Part shown: positions 14,701-29,952 of the stretch, piece by piece
Position numbering within the stretch: position 1 is the stretch's first letter
Layout of the letters: every line of letters starts with the position of its first letter
Assembly: GCA_051362555.1 (NCBI GenBank)
Contig: CM120640.1
Span: 25,468,225-25,532,224 of the forward strand
DNA length: 64,000 nt
Origin: Lingula anatina
Taxonomy: Eukaryota; Animalia; Brachiopoda
Direction: 5' to 3'
Position numbers and translations under genes: made by a program
The notes under the pieces: model-generated
Seen by the model: the letters and a program-made list of their open reading frames with translations, nothing else
What the model was told of the DNA's origin: nothing
Databases searched by the model: none

Positions 14701-17700
14701 AATCTAGGTAGAGAAAAAACTCAAAAATCCCAGTTTCCCCTCTCCATGTGTCAATTCTGAATATAGATACATTAGGGCAAAACGCATAATGCGCCAAGCA
14801 ATCGTTCTCTTCAAGCTCGCCGCGTGAAGCTAAATTCGAAGATGATGACTTTTGTGGAGAGGACAACAACGGCGCTGTCAATCGCCACTTTCTGATACTT
14901 AACGTTTCAAATATCCACTCTTATGCTACTTGAAAAATTGGGGACCTTGTCCTTGCTCCGAATCTGCATCAAGATGTACTTTACGGTGTATTTTATGTTA
15001 GCCATAGAAACAAACAAAAAAAATGTCACATAAAAATTGATCCAGTAAGTAGTTGGTGAGGAGAAGAGAAGGTTGGTTGCGGTGTCACCGACTTAGGTGT
15101 GTTTACTGCAAGTTAAATTCGCAAGTAAGAACATTACACAGCTCCAAGAGCTGAACACATCTTCAACTTTAAGCGTCTTTGACCACCGCTGTTCGCGCTT
15201 GGAATTTCTGGGATTATACTTGAAGTCGCATCATCTCTGATTGATCTGCGACTGACAGATGATATGGTTGCTAGCTTGTACAGACGGACCACATGCCAAG
15301 CGGGAGAGATAATTAGATGAAATATTAAATGTTTCACTTAATTTTTTTCGAAAAATCGTTAAGCTTTAGCGGTCCTCCAAAGAGGAAGACATTAAGATCT
15401 CGGCATGGCACCGCCAGCAGCAAATGCTCTTAAGGCAAGAAAAGTAAAGCTGGCGTCTAATCAAAGCTTAACTGAGGAAAGTACCTTCTTACTTGTTTCC
15501 TTACGATTACTCAAGCAAATAAAACATCTCAGTTAAAATTGATGGCACGTTTATCGTTCACCAAGATCGAAAAAAAAAGCATGGAATAACTTATAGATTT
15601 TTTTAACGTATCATTATGTGGTTATTAGATTAGTTGCTTGTGGACCAACATTTATCATGAGATGTTGCAATTAATTTTCGTAGAAAGATAAACACTACCG
15701 TTGAAAATAAAGAAATCTAATTTGCTCTACACCACTCACTGTAGTCTCTATGTCAAGGATACCAGAAATTAGTTGCAGTTGAGTGTATTTTTTCTTTTTT
15801 CTAGACAGCAACTACCACGCAATGCTCTTTTACCAATTGTTCGTCAGATGGTGAATGCCGCTCCCGTGAGAGATCATTAGAAATCTTATCAAAGAAACGG
15901 GGTAGACCAGGGGAAAGCCGTGCACATGAATCCCTCTGCTGCAGATCATTTCCACCACCTTAATAGGCAATTTAACGATACTTTTTGATGCTTACAAAGC
16001 AATTATATTCAATTACAAGCTGTTTTGGAGATGGCGATGACAAATAAGTTGATAATCTGCGCGTGAGGCAGGAGAAGCCTTGCAGATTTAACTTACTTGT
16101 AGGTGAGCATGTTCTCCTGGTTATTAAAAGAATTTTGATATGCATTATTCGTATATTCGCAAGTCGAAATCACATACACTGCAAAAGAGACAAAGAAACT
16201 GTCAGAAACTTGATGTTGCGCAGTCCCAACGGTGAACATTCCCAAGAATATGATTCCCAAGAATGAAAAAGTTTTGTAATTCTGAAATATGTTTCTCAAC
16301 AGCAGGTGGTCGTGATTCTTTAATGATTCAATTCGACTGCTCTGATAAGTGCTATACTTTTGATTCTTTACTGTTTCATCTCAAAATTGGAATATATGCA
16401 TATTTGGATATATCAAACTAAAAATGTATATTGTTATCAACCTTTCTAGAAAGAATTCATTTGGCGGCCCCTGTTTTGTTCGTCTCTGCGTTTCTCAAGG
16501 GTACTGTCGTCGTAAGCATTCAGCCGGCATTGAAGACAACTTATACCGACACTCACTCACGGCAAAGGCGGTTGTAGCCGATAATTGGACAAATTTCCCT
16601 GCGTTCAGAATCATTAATTTTGAGCATAAAATTACATCCGGGAGTCTGTTTTCTAGGTGTTTAGGCCGTGGGTGCTTTGTCGCGAGGAATAGAAGCATCT
16701 CTAAACGAGGGATTGATACGGCTAGTGACGGCCCTGAGTTGGGCCGTAAAACGCGGGGTGACGAGCATTACCCTTGCTCATGGAGGCGGAATGAGCCGAT
16801 TGTCGCACCGAGAAGAGACAATGTTGTCGCGGAAGGTAAAATTGTGGCCGTCTGCTGCGCGGCGCCATGGACCATATTAAGGTTGGATGTGCGACAAGTG
16901 GGGCCTGATACGCCAAATCTGCTCGCATTATTCCGCTATCTAAATTTCCACACTATTACATATCGTGTCTACGGCACAACCATTTCACAAATTAATTCCC
17001 ATTATGAGATTATTGTGACGACCATTTAGATCGCCAGAGAAAAGAATGCTTGTTTATCTAAGCTTGTAAGTTATGTTAAATTGAATGGCTTAGACCACTA
17101 ATTTTGAAAACAATGTTCATCTACCCATTTCTAAATGTGTCTCTTCGTCAATTTAGTCGAAAGTGTTTATTCCAAGAGAGTCACGATACTGCTGAATCCG
17201 AGGTGAAACAAATACAGGGGATTGCAGTTCAGCTCCCAGCTTTCCCCAGGCTATAATTCTGGGTCTTGATTATAAGATTGTGAGCAGTTTTGTAAAGCAG
17301 AATCCAATAATATTGTCTATTAAATATCAAACTACGAATGCTCCTAGTTTCGAATTTCTTCCTGCAAAACATTCACATCTTATTAGACTTTATCGAGAAA
17401 GATGAGTTTCGTTTTATAATTTCCGACCTTATGTACGTCAATAATTAAGCCGCAACTAAACCGCTGTACCAAGTTGTCAGTTGAAGTTAGTGCAAGTGAT
17501 TAGAAAAATCATCAAATCACCAACCTTCACTAGCATGTGGACCTGAAGAGAAATGGATTTAATGCGTTCAATGTTGATACGACGTGATTGTTCTGAAATG
17601 CATACCTAATATTAATAAGACTCAGTGATTCCAAAATGCGTAAAAAAAGGGCAAAATTAAAAAATCTTACGAATGAGGCATTTTGTGGATGTCTTTTGAA

Positions 17701-18690
17701 TTTTAAGGACGTGCAGTGCATAGAACACTCTATTCTAGCCGCCCGGGTTGCTCTGAAGAACACTCTACCTAATTATTACTACACCTCATTGTGTTCGTCT
17801 GATTGGTAAAGCATTTATATTGTTAATACAGCTGATTATTTTGGATATTAAATACCTTTTGGTGGCTTTGTCACTTATCAAATATATTTTGCAGCTTTGT
17901 GTGAAAACATTTATTGTATCATTTCACTTCACGCCACTTAGGTTTAATGTGGATAAGTGGGTCTTCTTTAGATATCTGATTCTTTGAAAACTCAAGAGAT
18001 ATCGAGGGGTTTTCATGTCCGTGTGAATACTTCGAGGAGCACACTCAAGAAATAAGCGCTAAAATGCTTCCCTGCTGCGACCGAGCCTGTCAGCATCATG
18101 TAAATGCATTGCGAAGAAAGAACCTCATCAAGTGCTGCAGCGATTTAATGATACGAGCAGCACTTGGACGAAGGAGCGCTCGCTCGAGTCACGTGCCCCT
18201 ACAAAGCGCTCGTGCAGCGTCGCGTACAGTTGATCAGATAGGGATGTGTGACACTGCCATCTGACTTCAGATCGTCGCTAATGAGGGGCGGGGCGCTATA
18301 GGGGGCCGCACGCTATCGAACAGACGAAAACAACGGAGAGACTATCCAGCGTTCAAGAAAAGAATATCACATTAAAAGAAAACCACTTAACACAGACAAA
18401 AATACGAGGCTGCCATTGTTAATGAGAACAGAAATCATTTGCGTTTAAAAGTCCTTCTCGGATCTGCTAGTCCCACTAATTGAGTGTGACTTAATGAATT
18501 TGGTGGCGAAATGAAGTGTTACCGTAGACAATTGCACGTCGCATTATAGGAAAAGCTGCACGCTACAAAATTTATACAGCGAATACCTACAAAAGAATAA
18601 AAGAGAAATGCGTAAATGTTTTTTGGTGTTATAATTTGATGTTTCAGAAAAAGAATAAGAAATCAAAAGTCGGGAGAACTATTTTCTGAG

Positions 18691-18745
18691 AAACAAACAA
18701 ACAAACAAACAAAACAAGCAAGCAAGCAAGCAAATAAACAAAACA
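18691..18745. repeat. (AAAC)n(AAGC)n tetranucleotide microsatellite
   Basis: Seen directly in the sequence. Confidence 0.85.
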
Positions 18746-21136
18746 ATGATGTTAATTTCCAAATATGTATCTGATGAAATTTATAAACATTCCTGTTTAG
18801 AAGTTAGTTTGTGAACTTCAGAAGATACCCATATTATAGACGCAAGCTAACTAGTGAAATACAGGTATTGGTAAAATATTAAAAACAAATTCGTAGATGA
18901 CGCGTTTTGCAAACCGAACTTATTGAACAGAATTCCTTTTACAAAGATAACATGAAAATCAATTAATTTACGATTTGTTTTTTTACACAAATTTTGAACT
19001 TGAATCAATTTCATGTCATAAATCATACGAACACAAACATGCCCAGAGTGTTTGCCATTTCTTTTGCTCGTTCAGTGTCAGTTAGGCAGATCAATATTGT
19101 AACTAAGTAAATCAAAACTACCTTAGTTTAGGAATTTGCCACAAATAGTATACTGATGACAAACCGCACTTTGTGAGAGTACATTTCCAACGTAGTTTCC
19201 TAAGGGTTTCCAACAGTTACCAAACAATAGCAGATTTAACAATATTTTACGTCAAAATGACATTGATTCCTTTTCCTATTTGGTATGTTTAACATATGAT
19301 TGCTTAGACTAAATGGATTTGTAATGGAACCAAGTTTTAGATTTTTTAAATTTGTCTCTTAATTCCAGCGAAGAAATGGGATCACTATACAATTTTGAAC
19401 ATGAAACATTTTATTCTGTGTTACAATGGAACGTGTGTCTTAAGCTAACATTTCTTGTGTCAACTTAAGAAACAAACCCTGCTCTTATACAGTATGTACG
19501 TGCAAAACAAATGTTTCATTTCTACGGATTTATTTCTCGAGAAAACAATCCATCGCTCTAGTGATACACAGAGACGGACATACTGTTGTAAAACGAATTC
19601 TACGAATGGTTTCATTTGAATAACACTTAATGCAATCTTCCTTTTTACGAATAAGAACAGTAAATTTGCACTCAGTCCAGCCACGGCCGTCTCTTATTAC
19701 ATGCAATAAAATTGTGGTCGCATGCCCTAATTATATTAATGCTGAATGCTTAAATTCCTCTTAAAAATCGGAAAACGTTTTCTCTGTTTTTTTCAGACTT
19801 TCGGTCTTTTCCTCAATTATTTTAAAGACCTGAACATATTTTCAAATATGAATAAATTACTGTCATGGAAAAAAATTATGAGAAGGGTCTAAGAAAAGTA
19901 TGAGTCTGGGATCAATCTGTGCATGGAGTCATTGCATTAAAAAATCTTATCAACAATTCTTTAGACAAATAGTTCAAAATAAAAAAAAAGTTTACCATTT
20001 TACGCATTTACAATGATTGACTCAAAATAGGATAACCATTTGAAATAACCAAATGAAACCATTCCCTGACTGTTTATGTGTTGTCTGTTTCGGAGCATGA
20101 TCTTGACTCTGTCTTAACCTACTGAAAATAGTCTGCATTGGCAGTTGGTTTCATTAAATTCTGAACGTCTGGACAATTCGATATAGTCTTATATATGAAC
20201 ATTGTCTAATCGTTGACTTAGATTTAAAAAATATAGCCGTTCATCCCTTAAACTAAAAATATACACACCCTAAGTAGGTATACCCAATTTAACGCATTCT
20301 TGCAATTTCTGCTAAGATAATGCAGGAGGGCCGATTAGACGCCCAAATTGTGTCAAACAACTATGATAACCAAATGATTTGCAGGGAGAAAGTTTAATAT
20401 TGGTCGAACCATGCGGGTGGAATTCAAAATGCTTGCAATACACATTTTCATTGATGGAACTTTCTAAGGTTTAAAAAAACTGGGGTGTAATCAATCAGAG
20501 AAGGAAAGGGTTTAGCTGTAGTAGACAAAAGGTCGAGAGGTTTATCTCCAATTCTTTTTCATAATTATCTAAAGTCAAAATTTTTGTTCATTTTTAATGA
20601 AATTGGAGGTAAAAAGAATTGAGCCAAACATGTTGCTCAAAACCGCTTTCGTCGCGCTCTCTTTCTGACCCAGCGGCTTCCATCATTGTTATTTAGACAT
20701 CACGGGGTCGAATACATACAGAGAAGCGCAACAACATGGTCTTTAAGAAATGCAAATAATCAAATCACGGCGTTTTTGCCGATGTTTAAGTAAGGTTGGT
20801 CCTTGATGGCTAAATAACAGGAACAGGAAGAAACATGACGAATGCTGGGAATAGATATGAGGTTTTACATGTAAAAAAACGCAGCTTACCTTGTATTTTC
20901 TGTTGCGACTTGGTGTCTGCTGAGTGATGCTTTACTGCAGTCTCGAGTTCATTAAACCAGAAATACTAGCAGCAGAAGCATCGCATTCATGGAGTCTCAA
21001 CAGCTGCACTCTACAATTGTACGCAGCACAGACTTAACTCGGACGTTTTATGTTTGCGACGGAAACTTTTTTTAGATACTTTTTTTATTGCTTATGAATA
21101 GATTTACTTTTGTTTTAATTACATTTTGGAATATAG

Positions 21137-21141
21137 TTTTT

Positions 21142-21200
<59 letters not shown>
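21137..21200. repeat. Poly-T plus (TG)n microsatellite
   Basis: Seen directly in the sequence. Confidence 0.95.
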
Positions 21201-21201
<1 letters not shown>

Positions 21202-22135
21202 TATTTTTATTGCGTTGCCTAATGCAGTTCTTATAGATAACGACGGTTATACATGTATAACAAAATAAAATAACTCTGATACTTGGATCATTTTTTCTCG
21301 AAGACCAAGATGACCTTTAAGCGAATCAGTTGGCAAAATAAACAGCAAATGATAGGTTTTCGTTCGAGATCAACTTTATAAAAAATGATAAAAAATAAAC
21401 TTATAAAAGATCAACGACTTTTTTCTTCTCGACATCTCTCTATTCCTGTGCAAGTAGCATTAGCCCCGCGATTCTGATTGGCTAGAAGCGTAGGGACAAC
21501 TGCTTGCGACGTCTTCTTTATTCCGTGTTAGGGGAAGTTCCAAATAAGAACTCGTATTTGTAGAATTATTCTTTTTCATTGATCGCCCCCCCCCCTCCCC
21601 CAAAGGCAAATTTTTGTTTTAAATCATGTCATCCATACATACAACAGGTTTGCGATATATATTTTGTTTCTGCACATTTCAGTAAGACCCACTTTAAAAA
21701 TGAGTACAAAGCCCAAATATGAAGAGAAAGGTGATATTATGACAAAGCTTTAAAAAAAAAAAAAAAACAGTAACACTTGTACATGTAGCAGTAACTGTTA
21801 CATTTTCTATTTGTTAAAATTAAATCAATTAATTTGCAACTTAAATTTATTCCAATATTGACAATTTCTGTCAAAGGGAAATCCGATTTCGTTAAATAAT
21901 TGCCATTTGTGAACAGATGACAAAACATAAATATGAAGAAAACAGCATTGGCTGACTTGAGAAGGTCAACACAACAAGTATGATTGCTACAGATGAGCCT
22001 TGCTTGGTGCACTCACAGTCTGATCGCACCCACCGCAATTCAAAAACTTTCACATTGCAGTGCTGTTTTAAAAGGGCCAGATACACATTGATCGTTACAA
22101 GTCGAAACCGTTTAGGTTTTTGAAATCATCGACTA

Positions 22136-22190
22136 TCTCTCTCTCTCTCTCTCTCTCTCCACTCCCCCCCCCCCCCCCCACACACACACA
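22136..22190. repeat. (CT)n, poly-C, (CA)n compound repeat
   Basis: Seen directly in the sequence. Confidence 0.9.
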
Positions 22191-25100
22191 ACATATACTC
22201 ACACTTATACTCCAAACCATCACCACATAACAGTAGCAGTGCTGCAGGCATTCGATCCATCAATACAAGCCTGCTCATCCAACTGAAAGTATCTATCTCA
22301 TTTCTTTGATTACAACATCCATTAACTTGGCCGTTTGGTTCAATTTGCAAAAGATTTGTCACTCAATGCGGTATAATGATAGCAAATGGGGACCTCTCAA
22401 AGTGTAATTTTGACTTACAATATTTTGTTAGGCCCTAAAAGACTGGCAGGAAATGAGAAGAGATAAAAATTCCCCGAGGATACGATCCATTTAGACGAGT
22501 ACGGAGCTTCAGTAAATCAAGATCAAAGTAGTGATTAAACTGAGAATTAAAGACAAGGATGTATCATTCGGCGTACTTAGTAGCGGAAAACGAATTCGAT
22601 TTGATGTTCATATACAGTAAAGGTGTTTTAGTTCACAGAGAACAATTCGACAGATAGATTGCATTTCAACGTAATATTTATTAGTGGGTTGTGCGTGCTT
22701 ATGTAGAGGAAAGTTACAGGAAACGAGAAGAACTTTATTTTCCTTTGAATGAAAACGTTTTTGAAAATTTCGGATGATTAACAAGACCTTTCACTAAAAG
22801 ATCAAAGAAGAAACGTATAAGAAACAAACCTTTTAAGAGAGTCAGCAAATTCACATTCACACTAATTAACAAATATCATTCTGTAATTTTGAGTGCTAAC
22901 AACAATTAACATTTCAAACTGAGAACAGGATTTTGAAAAAGGAATTGGGATCACGAGAGAGAAGCCTCTTGTTTATCGTCTATTGATCAATAACAGTTGT
23001 AAGACAAATAAATTTTCTTGACACAAATTATGAATCATTGACAAATAATTTAGGTATTAATTTTCCATCACTTTCAGCTCAGTTCGGAAAGGAAGTATGT
23101 GGTTCAAACCACAATAATTTCTCTTCTTCCGATTGTTTCGTTTTCCTTTATATTACTGCGTCTTGAAATCTGTTGCCAATGCGGGTACTGTGAGCGATAT
23201 ACAATTCATATGAACTTCATCAAATGTTTTTTTAAGTAGACAAAATCAATGTATATTTATGATATTTGTAGAGAATAATATTTTACGTATATAATATTAT
23301 CTGTTTCACATATTTTTAATCTGTTTGTGTTTGGGAAGACTGGTAATAGTAAGCACTGATTTATAAATGGTTTACAAAATGCAAACGATAATTTTAAATA
23401 CTCTGAAAATATCGAAAACCATAATTCGCTCTTTAAAGTGAATACCTACTCCGCAACAATGTCGCCTGTTCTTGCGTACATGCCGGGTAATTGAAGTTTA
23501 TGGTTAAAATATACAAAATCTAATTTATAAAGGTATTATATGTAACTACATCGATCCATAAGCCCTGAAAATGACTTCCTTTGGAAATCTACCCACCATA
23601 AGATTGGCAAACAGTGAACTATAAAGACTGCTTTTACTACATCAAAAGATGCCGAGACAAGAGCTAGAATTCAAACTCTTTCAGTCGTGCGCCATTTCTT
23701 TTCAACAAAACGAATCAAATGAAATGGGAATCAAAGCGGAGAGGTTGGAGGGAATGGGTGAATATCCGTGTGGATACTCACGTTTGCCTCTCGGATGTAA
23801 GGCTTTTTAACACATGATATTAATACCCATTGTAGATTAAGTCCGCCCACTGTTAGACTGCTACAGTATCTTCGGCTCTTTTGTACGATTTACCTTAGAT
23901 ATTAGTAAATAAAAACACATAAATCTTTGATTTCTGATATTCTTAAGGCTCGAGTCTTATATCCGGTTGAGCAACTTTCAGACAAGTGAAGTGAAAATAT
24001 TTGAGGAGAGGCCGTTTGATAAATATCAAGCAGTACAGTGCACAATGCAGCACCAATCAGACTATCGAACCTATTTTCTTTCGTTAATTTTCAAACAGAA
24101 AGCCAAATCAATGGAGGTAATTAATTCTTATACCTCTTGTATTCATGGGGAATTTTGTCTTAGTAATCCGACAACATCATGAAACGGACCAAATCAATGG
24201 AACCGTTTAAAAGATCAAAGTAGGCATCAATTATTAATCGGTAAGTTACAAGTGAATCCTCGGCCCGATATCCGGCACTAGTTAACGCGGCCAGGTATGC
24301 CAGGTATGTTAGCCGTCCCACATACCAGATATTTGATCTGAGTCAGTGCAAGTGATGGACTCATTGTTTGATATTTTTCCACTCCAAATCAACAGCTTTG
24401 TTACCAGTGAAACCGGCGCATTTGCAATTTCACCCCACGTGGGTCTAAAGCCCGTCGATAAATAATAAGCAAGTTGAGCAACTGTAATAGGAACTCATTC
24501 GATTATAAAGAGCCTCAAATACACCACAATCAAAGACATCAAAGGGGCCGCCGAGTTTCTGTGTTGTGGTTTAAAATGACGAGGTTGTTTCTTTTGCTTA
24601 TTTCTTCTATTTGTGAATTAATTGAGCGTGCATTCTGACTATAAATATTAATGATCGGGTATTTGAGAAGTTTGTAAACACCCTTTCAGCATATGTTATA
24701 GTCATCAGTCTACCAGCAGGCTGAGGGCCGGGGTTAAACCCATCTGCACCTGCCTGACTCGCTTCACAGAATACAAAACCAATGCATAAATTAATTTCTT
24801 CCCCAGACTTAAAGTTATCTTTGAAACTTTCCATTCACGCAGTACAATGCGGCGTAATTTACAATCCATCTCTAGAATTAATCGTAGCATAAACCCCAGT
24901 CATTCTGTTCACAGAGACAACCCTAATCGAAACCCTTCTCAACCCAATGGGCGTGAGAGTGCTTTGATCAGTAATTTTTCATTTAATTATCATCATTTTC
25001 CAGCAGATTTCACTAATTGTAAAAAGGATGTTTCGATTGTGTATCTTAATCAAAACGCTTCAGCTCTGTTCTGCAATTATCTGCAGCCTTCAACTCCGTG

Positions 25101-26496
25101 ATTGCTCTGAGATGACGATTTATTTCACTCAATTACGGCGCGTGTGCAGAAAAGTAGGGCCCAGCATTCAATCATTCGGATTAAATGCTATGAGAATCTT
25201 TGTAAATATCTATTACAATCTATCTATCAGTGTAATACTGCTCCATTAGCCGCCAGTGTTGCAGCCGCATTAAGATCTTGTTCAAGCTTATTTGCACCTG
25301 CGATCAGACCTTTGAAAATCGAACATGACAATTATAGATAATGACAATGTTTAACGACATTACTGTGTCTGATAGCGCTAATGCCGTCCCCAATACGCCG
25401 TAGAAAGATAGCCAAGCCGACTTATTAATTAAAATGTGAAGTAGAAGTTTCCCTGATACGAATGAGGAACAAGGACAACTGCTTGAAAATACAAGTAAAT
25501 ATGGGTTATAGATCCAATTCTGTTTAATATTTATGGTATCATTCAATCATAACCAAATGTAACAGCATAAGTTCACGATCAGGAAAATGAACAAGAACAA
25601 TAGCTGCAAACCTTTCAACTGATACAGACAATGTTTTAATTTTTTGCTGGTGACTAGATAATGTTAATAACTTGGTAGCACCTCACTTGAGCATGCGCAA
25701 ATTGGCAAGTTGCGGCCTTATTCAATTTGACCCGACTGAAATATGAGGTATGCGTCATTCGTGCTCGTTAATGTGTTTGCTATAACTAATATTACATTAA
25801 AGCACTAGGGCGCTAGAACAGAAAAAAAGAGTCATATTTGTCATATCCTATCAACAAAATACCTAATGTTACTATAAACGTTTCATAAAAATAAATCTCA
25901 AACTGTACAATCGGTCATCACTTAGTGACGCCCTGATGTCATGGCAAGCTCTCCTTATAATATCTGGCATAGCAATCTAAAAAAAGTGTTACAAAAGTTT
26001 CATTTGATGAACAAATAAATACATACATCTTATAATCTTAAAGATTCACCTAGCTGGTTTGACTCTCAAACTTAAACACCGTTTACAATGCCCAACGACC
26101 CCAGGGAAACAGAAATATTTGAGGTACTGGAGGTGAACTGAAGAAGGGAAATACTCATTTGATATTTTGGTAATATTTCCCTTTTTTGACAATTTCACCT
26201 CAAAAGGACATATCACATTTTAATCTATTGAAAATAATGCAGACAAACCGATTTTCTCAATAAGTTTAAAGTTCGAGACGATCTGCTTCTTTCTCTCTCT
26301 CGCTCTGTGATCTCAAATTGCAATTGTTTTTTTTTTTTCAACTAAATCAGAAAAAAATACATTCAAATGCGATATATGTAAATCATGTTTTACTTATGAA
26401 GTAAAATACTCGCTTAATTTTGCGAGAGAGAAAAAAAATCGCCTCCTCCTTCTTTAACATGCAGTCTAAGAAAGTTCCATTATATAACAGTGAGTC

Positions 26497-27243
<747 letters not shown>

Positions 27244-29171
27244 TTATTCAAAAAGAACATTTATACCTAAACAAAGTAATCAAGACTTCATTATTAAGAT
27301 CTGCCAAATGCCAATGACCCCACTTACACATAAAAGCAAATGTGATCTCTTCACTTTGTCTTTAACTTTTTAACTGTTTATAAGAAAGAGACTGATTTAC
27401 CCGCACGCCTTCATTTGAACAGTTATTACTGCTTTTAATTGTGTAGGTGTTCAAACGATCAATCGTCAAAACATATCGGGTTTCCTCGCCCTTTGAACAG
27501 GCTATTGAACACCTGAATCTGGTATTGAATGCACTACATTTTAGAAATGTATCTGTAATTACAAAAAAGTCTTTGAAATCGGTTGTCATTGATCAAAAAT
27601 TCCAATACTCTCTTTTTACTTTGAGGTTGAAGAAAGCCTCTTTTATCGTCGTCGTCGTAATAGACTGCCCAATGAACCTAAAACAGGACAGCCAAATAAC
27701 AAGTAATAATTGTCCCAAGAAGTAAAATGAAAAAAAAAACGTTCTGTGTTTATATCTGAATAAGTATGTGATTGTTTATTTGATTTTAAAATTAATATAA
27801 TTATCTTTGATTCTTTTATTTTCTAATTTTCTGACTCGGCGATAAATAATAGATAAATCTAAAATTGCCATGCATATAAATAACAAGAAATGCTAACAGA
27901 GAAAAACGACGACCATCTTATCGTTACAACTGCACTCGTGTCGGCTGCAGAATAACAACTCTTTGAACAGGTAGTTTCCAGACTGAATGTACTTAAAACA
28001 TCAGACATCGTCACATGTGATGAATCCGCGCCCCACAAAAACAACACTGGGCCAAATTTGGATTAAATAAACGACAACAAATCGCTTTGGTGTGAGACGG
28101 AGCTAACGTCAGCTGTAATTGGGGAGGAAAAGAGTGCGCCTGTATGTTCAATGTAACAAAATTATTTCTCACAATACTTTAAAATTATGGAAAAATAAAT
28201 CTTCTTTTTTTCTCTGTTTTTAATTACCAAGTACATGTTTATAAACGCTGCGGCAATTGGGCAGTGTAAAGGCTACCAGCAGGGGAATCGGAGGAAAACA
28301 AGAGCAAATTAACCACATACTTTCAAGGCCTGCCGGTCACGACTGCAGAAAGTTTGAAGTTTCAACAGTACCACTTATCAAAATAAATCTGCACCAAAAT
28401 CTGAGCCTTCTTTGCCCTCCCGAAACCCTGATACAGCAATTCAAGACAAGTGGCAACGTAAAAATAGCGAGGTTACAACACAGAGACGACACTGGTGCAA
28501 CGGCGTGGAACCCTGTTCAACTGCGAGCATATTTCCAGAACAGGTGTCAACCAATAAAGACCTCGCTATCTTGCTGTGTAAAGGGCATGGTGCCTATTCG
28601 TGCAATGTTTTCCATAAAGATACATCGAGCGGAGACATGTAACGTCACTCGTGGTGGTTATTTCATATTTCATTTTTACGGTCTAGGTTAAACGGCTCGT
28701 TATCTTGAAAGCTTTCTATATTCGTTTTTGTTTATTTCTAATAATTTCTGTAAACTCTAACTCTTTCTCACCATAGACGAGGGCATAACCCTGAAATACT
28801 GCCTCAATTCATACCATGTGAGCAGGTTCGAAAGTAGAATTTGTGCCAATGTGAAAAATGCCATTGCGCACATCTTTGACAATTGAAAGAGAAAGGGAAA
28901 ATGAGCAGCTTGATTTTTTTCGTAATTCCTATTAATGCCTGCATAGTTATTTTAAATAAAAATATTTTTTACCATTTCTGTTTTTTGGATTAGCGAAGAT
29001 TATAGCTTAAAATCGTAAGAATTTGGTTGGATTTATATTTTAAGGAAGAGAAAAGTTAGTCGTCAAAGTAACATCACAATGTTGCAATCCCTCATAAAAC
29101 TATGATCATGAAATATTAGAACTTTTTAATAAATTGTGCAATGTTTTTTCATATTTGGTCATATTATTCTC

Positions 29172-29552
29172 AGGGCTTTTTGTGCAAAGTTATTTAATTA
29201 TATATTTGTATGTTTTTCTTCTTTTCCCATATTTCAAACCCTATGAAGCTACCTAGTTATTATGTTTCTCAATAGATATTCGCTTGTTTTTATAATAATT
29301 TTTGGGCCAGAATATTGCTCGTCAAGAAAATGCTATGACATATATTAATTAAGCAATGTTTTTTATATTTAGACAAATCATTATGAAGCCTTTTTGAACC
29401 AAGTTATTTGATTATACAGGCTCTTTCTGTATGATTTTTCTTCTTTTTCTCATATTTCAACATTTGACCCTACTTCGTTATTACATGTCCAACTTAATAT
29501 TTTTGATCATGTATAAGTCGGTATATGGCTCGCCAAGAAAATGAAATTACAT
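29172..29552. repeat. Degenerate tandem duplication (about 215 bp period, two copies) in the NK1-A intron
   Basis: Shared blocks occur twice in the same order: caa(a)gttattt(a/g)attata, tttt(c)tctttt..catatttcaa and gctcg(t/c)caagaaaatg, at about 29172-29343 and 29385-29552. Confidence 0.65.
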
Positions 29553-29952
29553 AAGGATAAAAATATAAAAACAAATCTTTAGGCAAGCTGTAAATTTGCA
29601 CTGACTCAGGCACATTATTTCGTCCCAGTAACAAATCAACAAAATACAAAGTAGAAATCTAGGGTCAATTGCATACCAAAGGTCGATGGTAAAACCACTA
29701 TGAATTGGGACTTGCTTAATAGATATTTTCTTTTCCTCAATTTCAGTTTTGATACACTTAAAAAGATCGGCTTAAGGTAAGAAAACACATCGTGTGTATT
29801 ATTATTGTTTTAATCCAACACCTGTTCCGCCATTACCTCTGGAGCAGAAGTAATATTTTCGCACTCCCCGGGGCCGGGGGATCCATTACTACCCCCTAAG
29901 GATTGGTGGAGCGTGAGAAATTGATATGAGAATTTACCATCTACAGTGATCT

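Noticed and set aside
16424-17029. 201-aa plus-strand ORF
   Set aside because: No recognisable domain, composition rich in Arg/Cys/Ile, and overlapping ORFs in several frames. Better explained as a GC-richer non-coding island.
28257-28691. 144-aa ORF in the NK1-A intron
   Set aside because: Non-ATG start, no motifs, antisense within an intron.
29838-29900. HDV-like or twister ribozyme at the LINE 5' end
   Set aside because: Some pairings exist (AGTAAT/ATTACT, CCCCGG/CCGGGG), but no P3/L3/P1.1 or twister core could be assembled.
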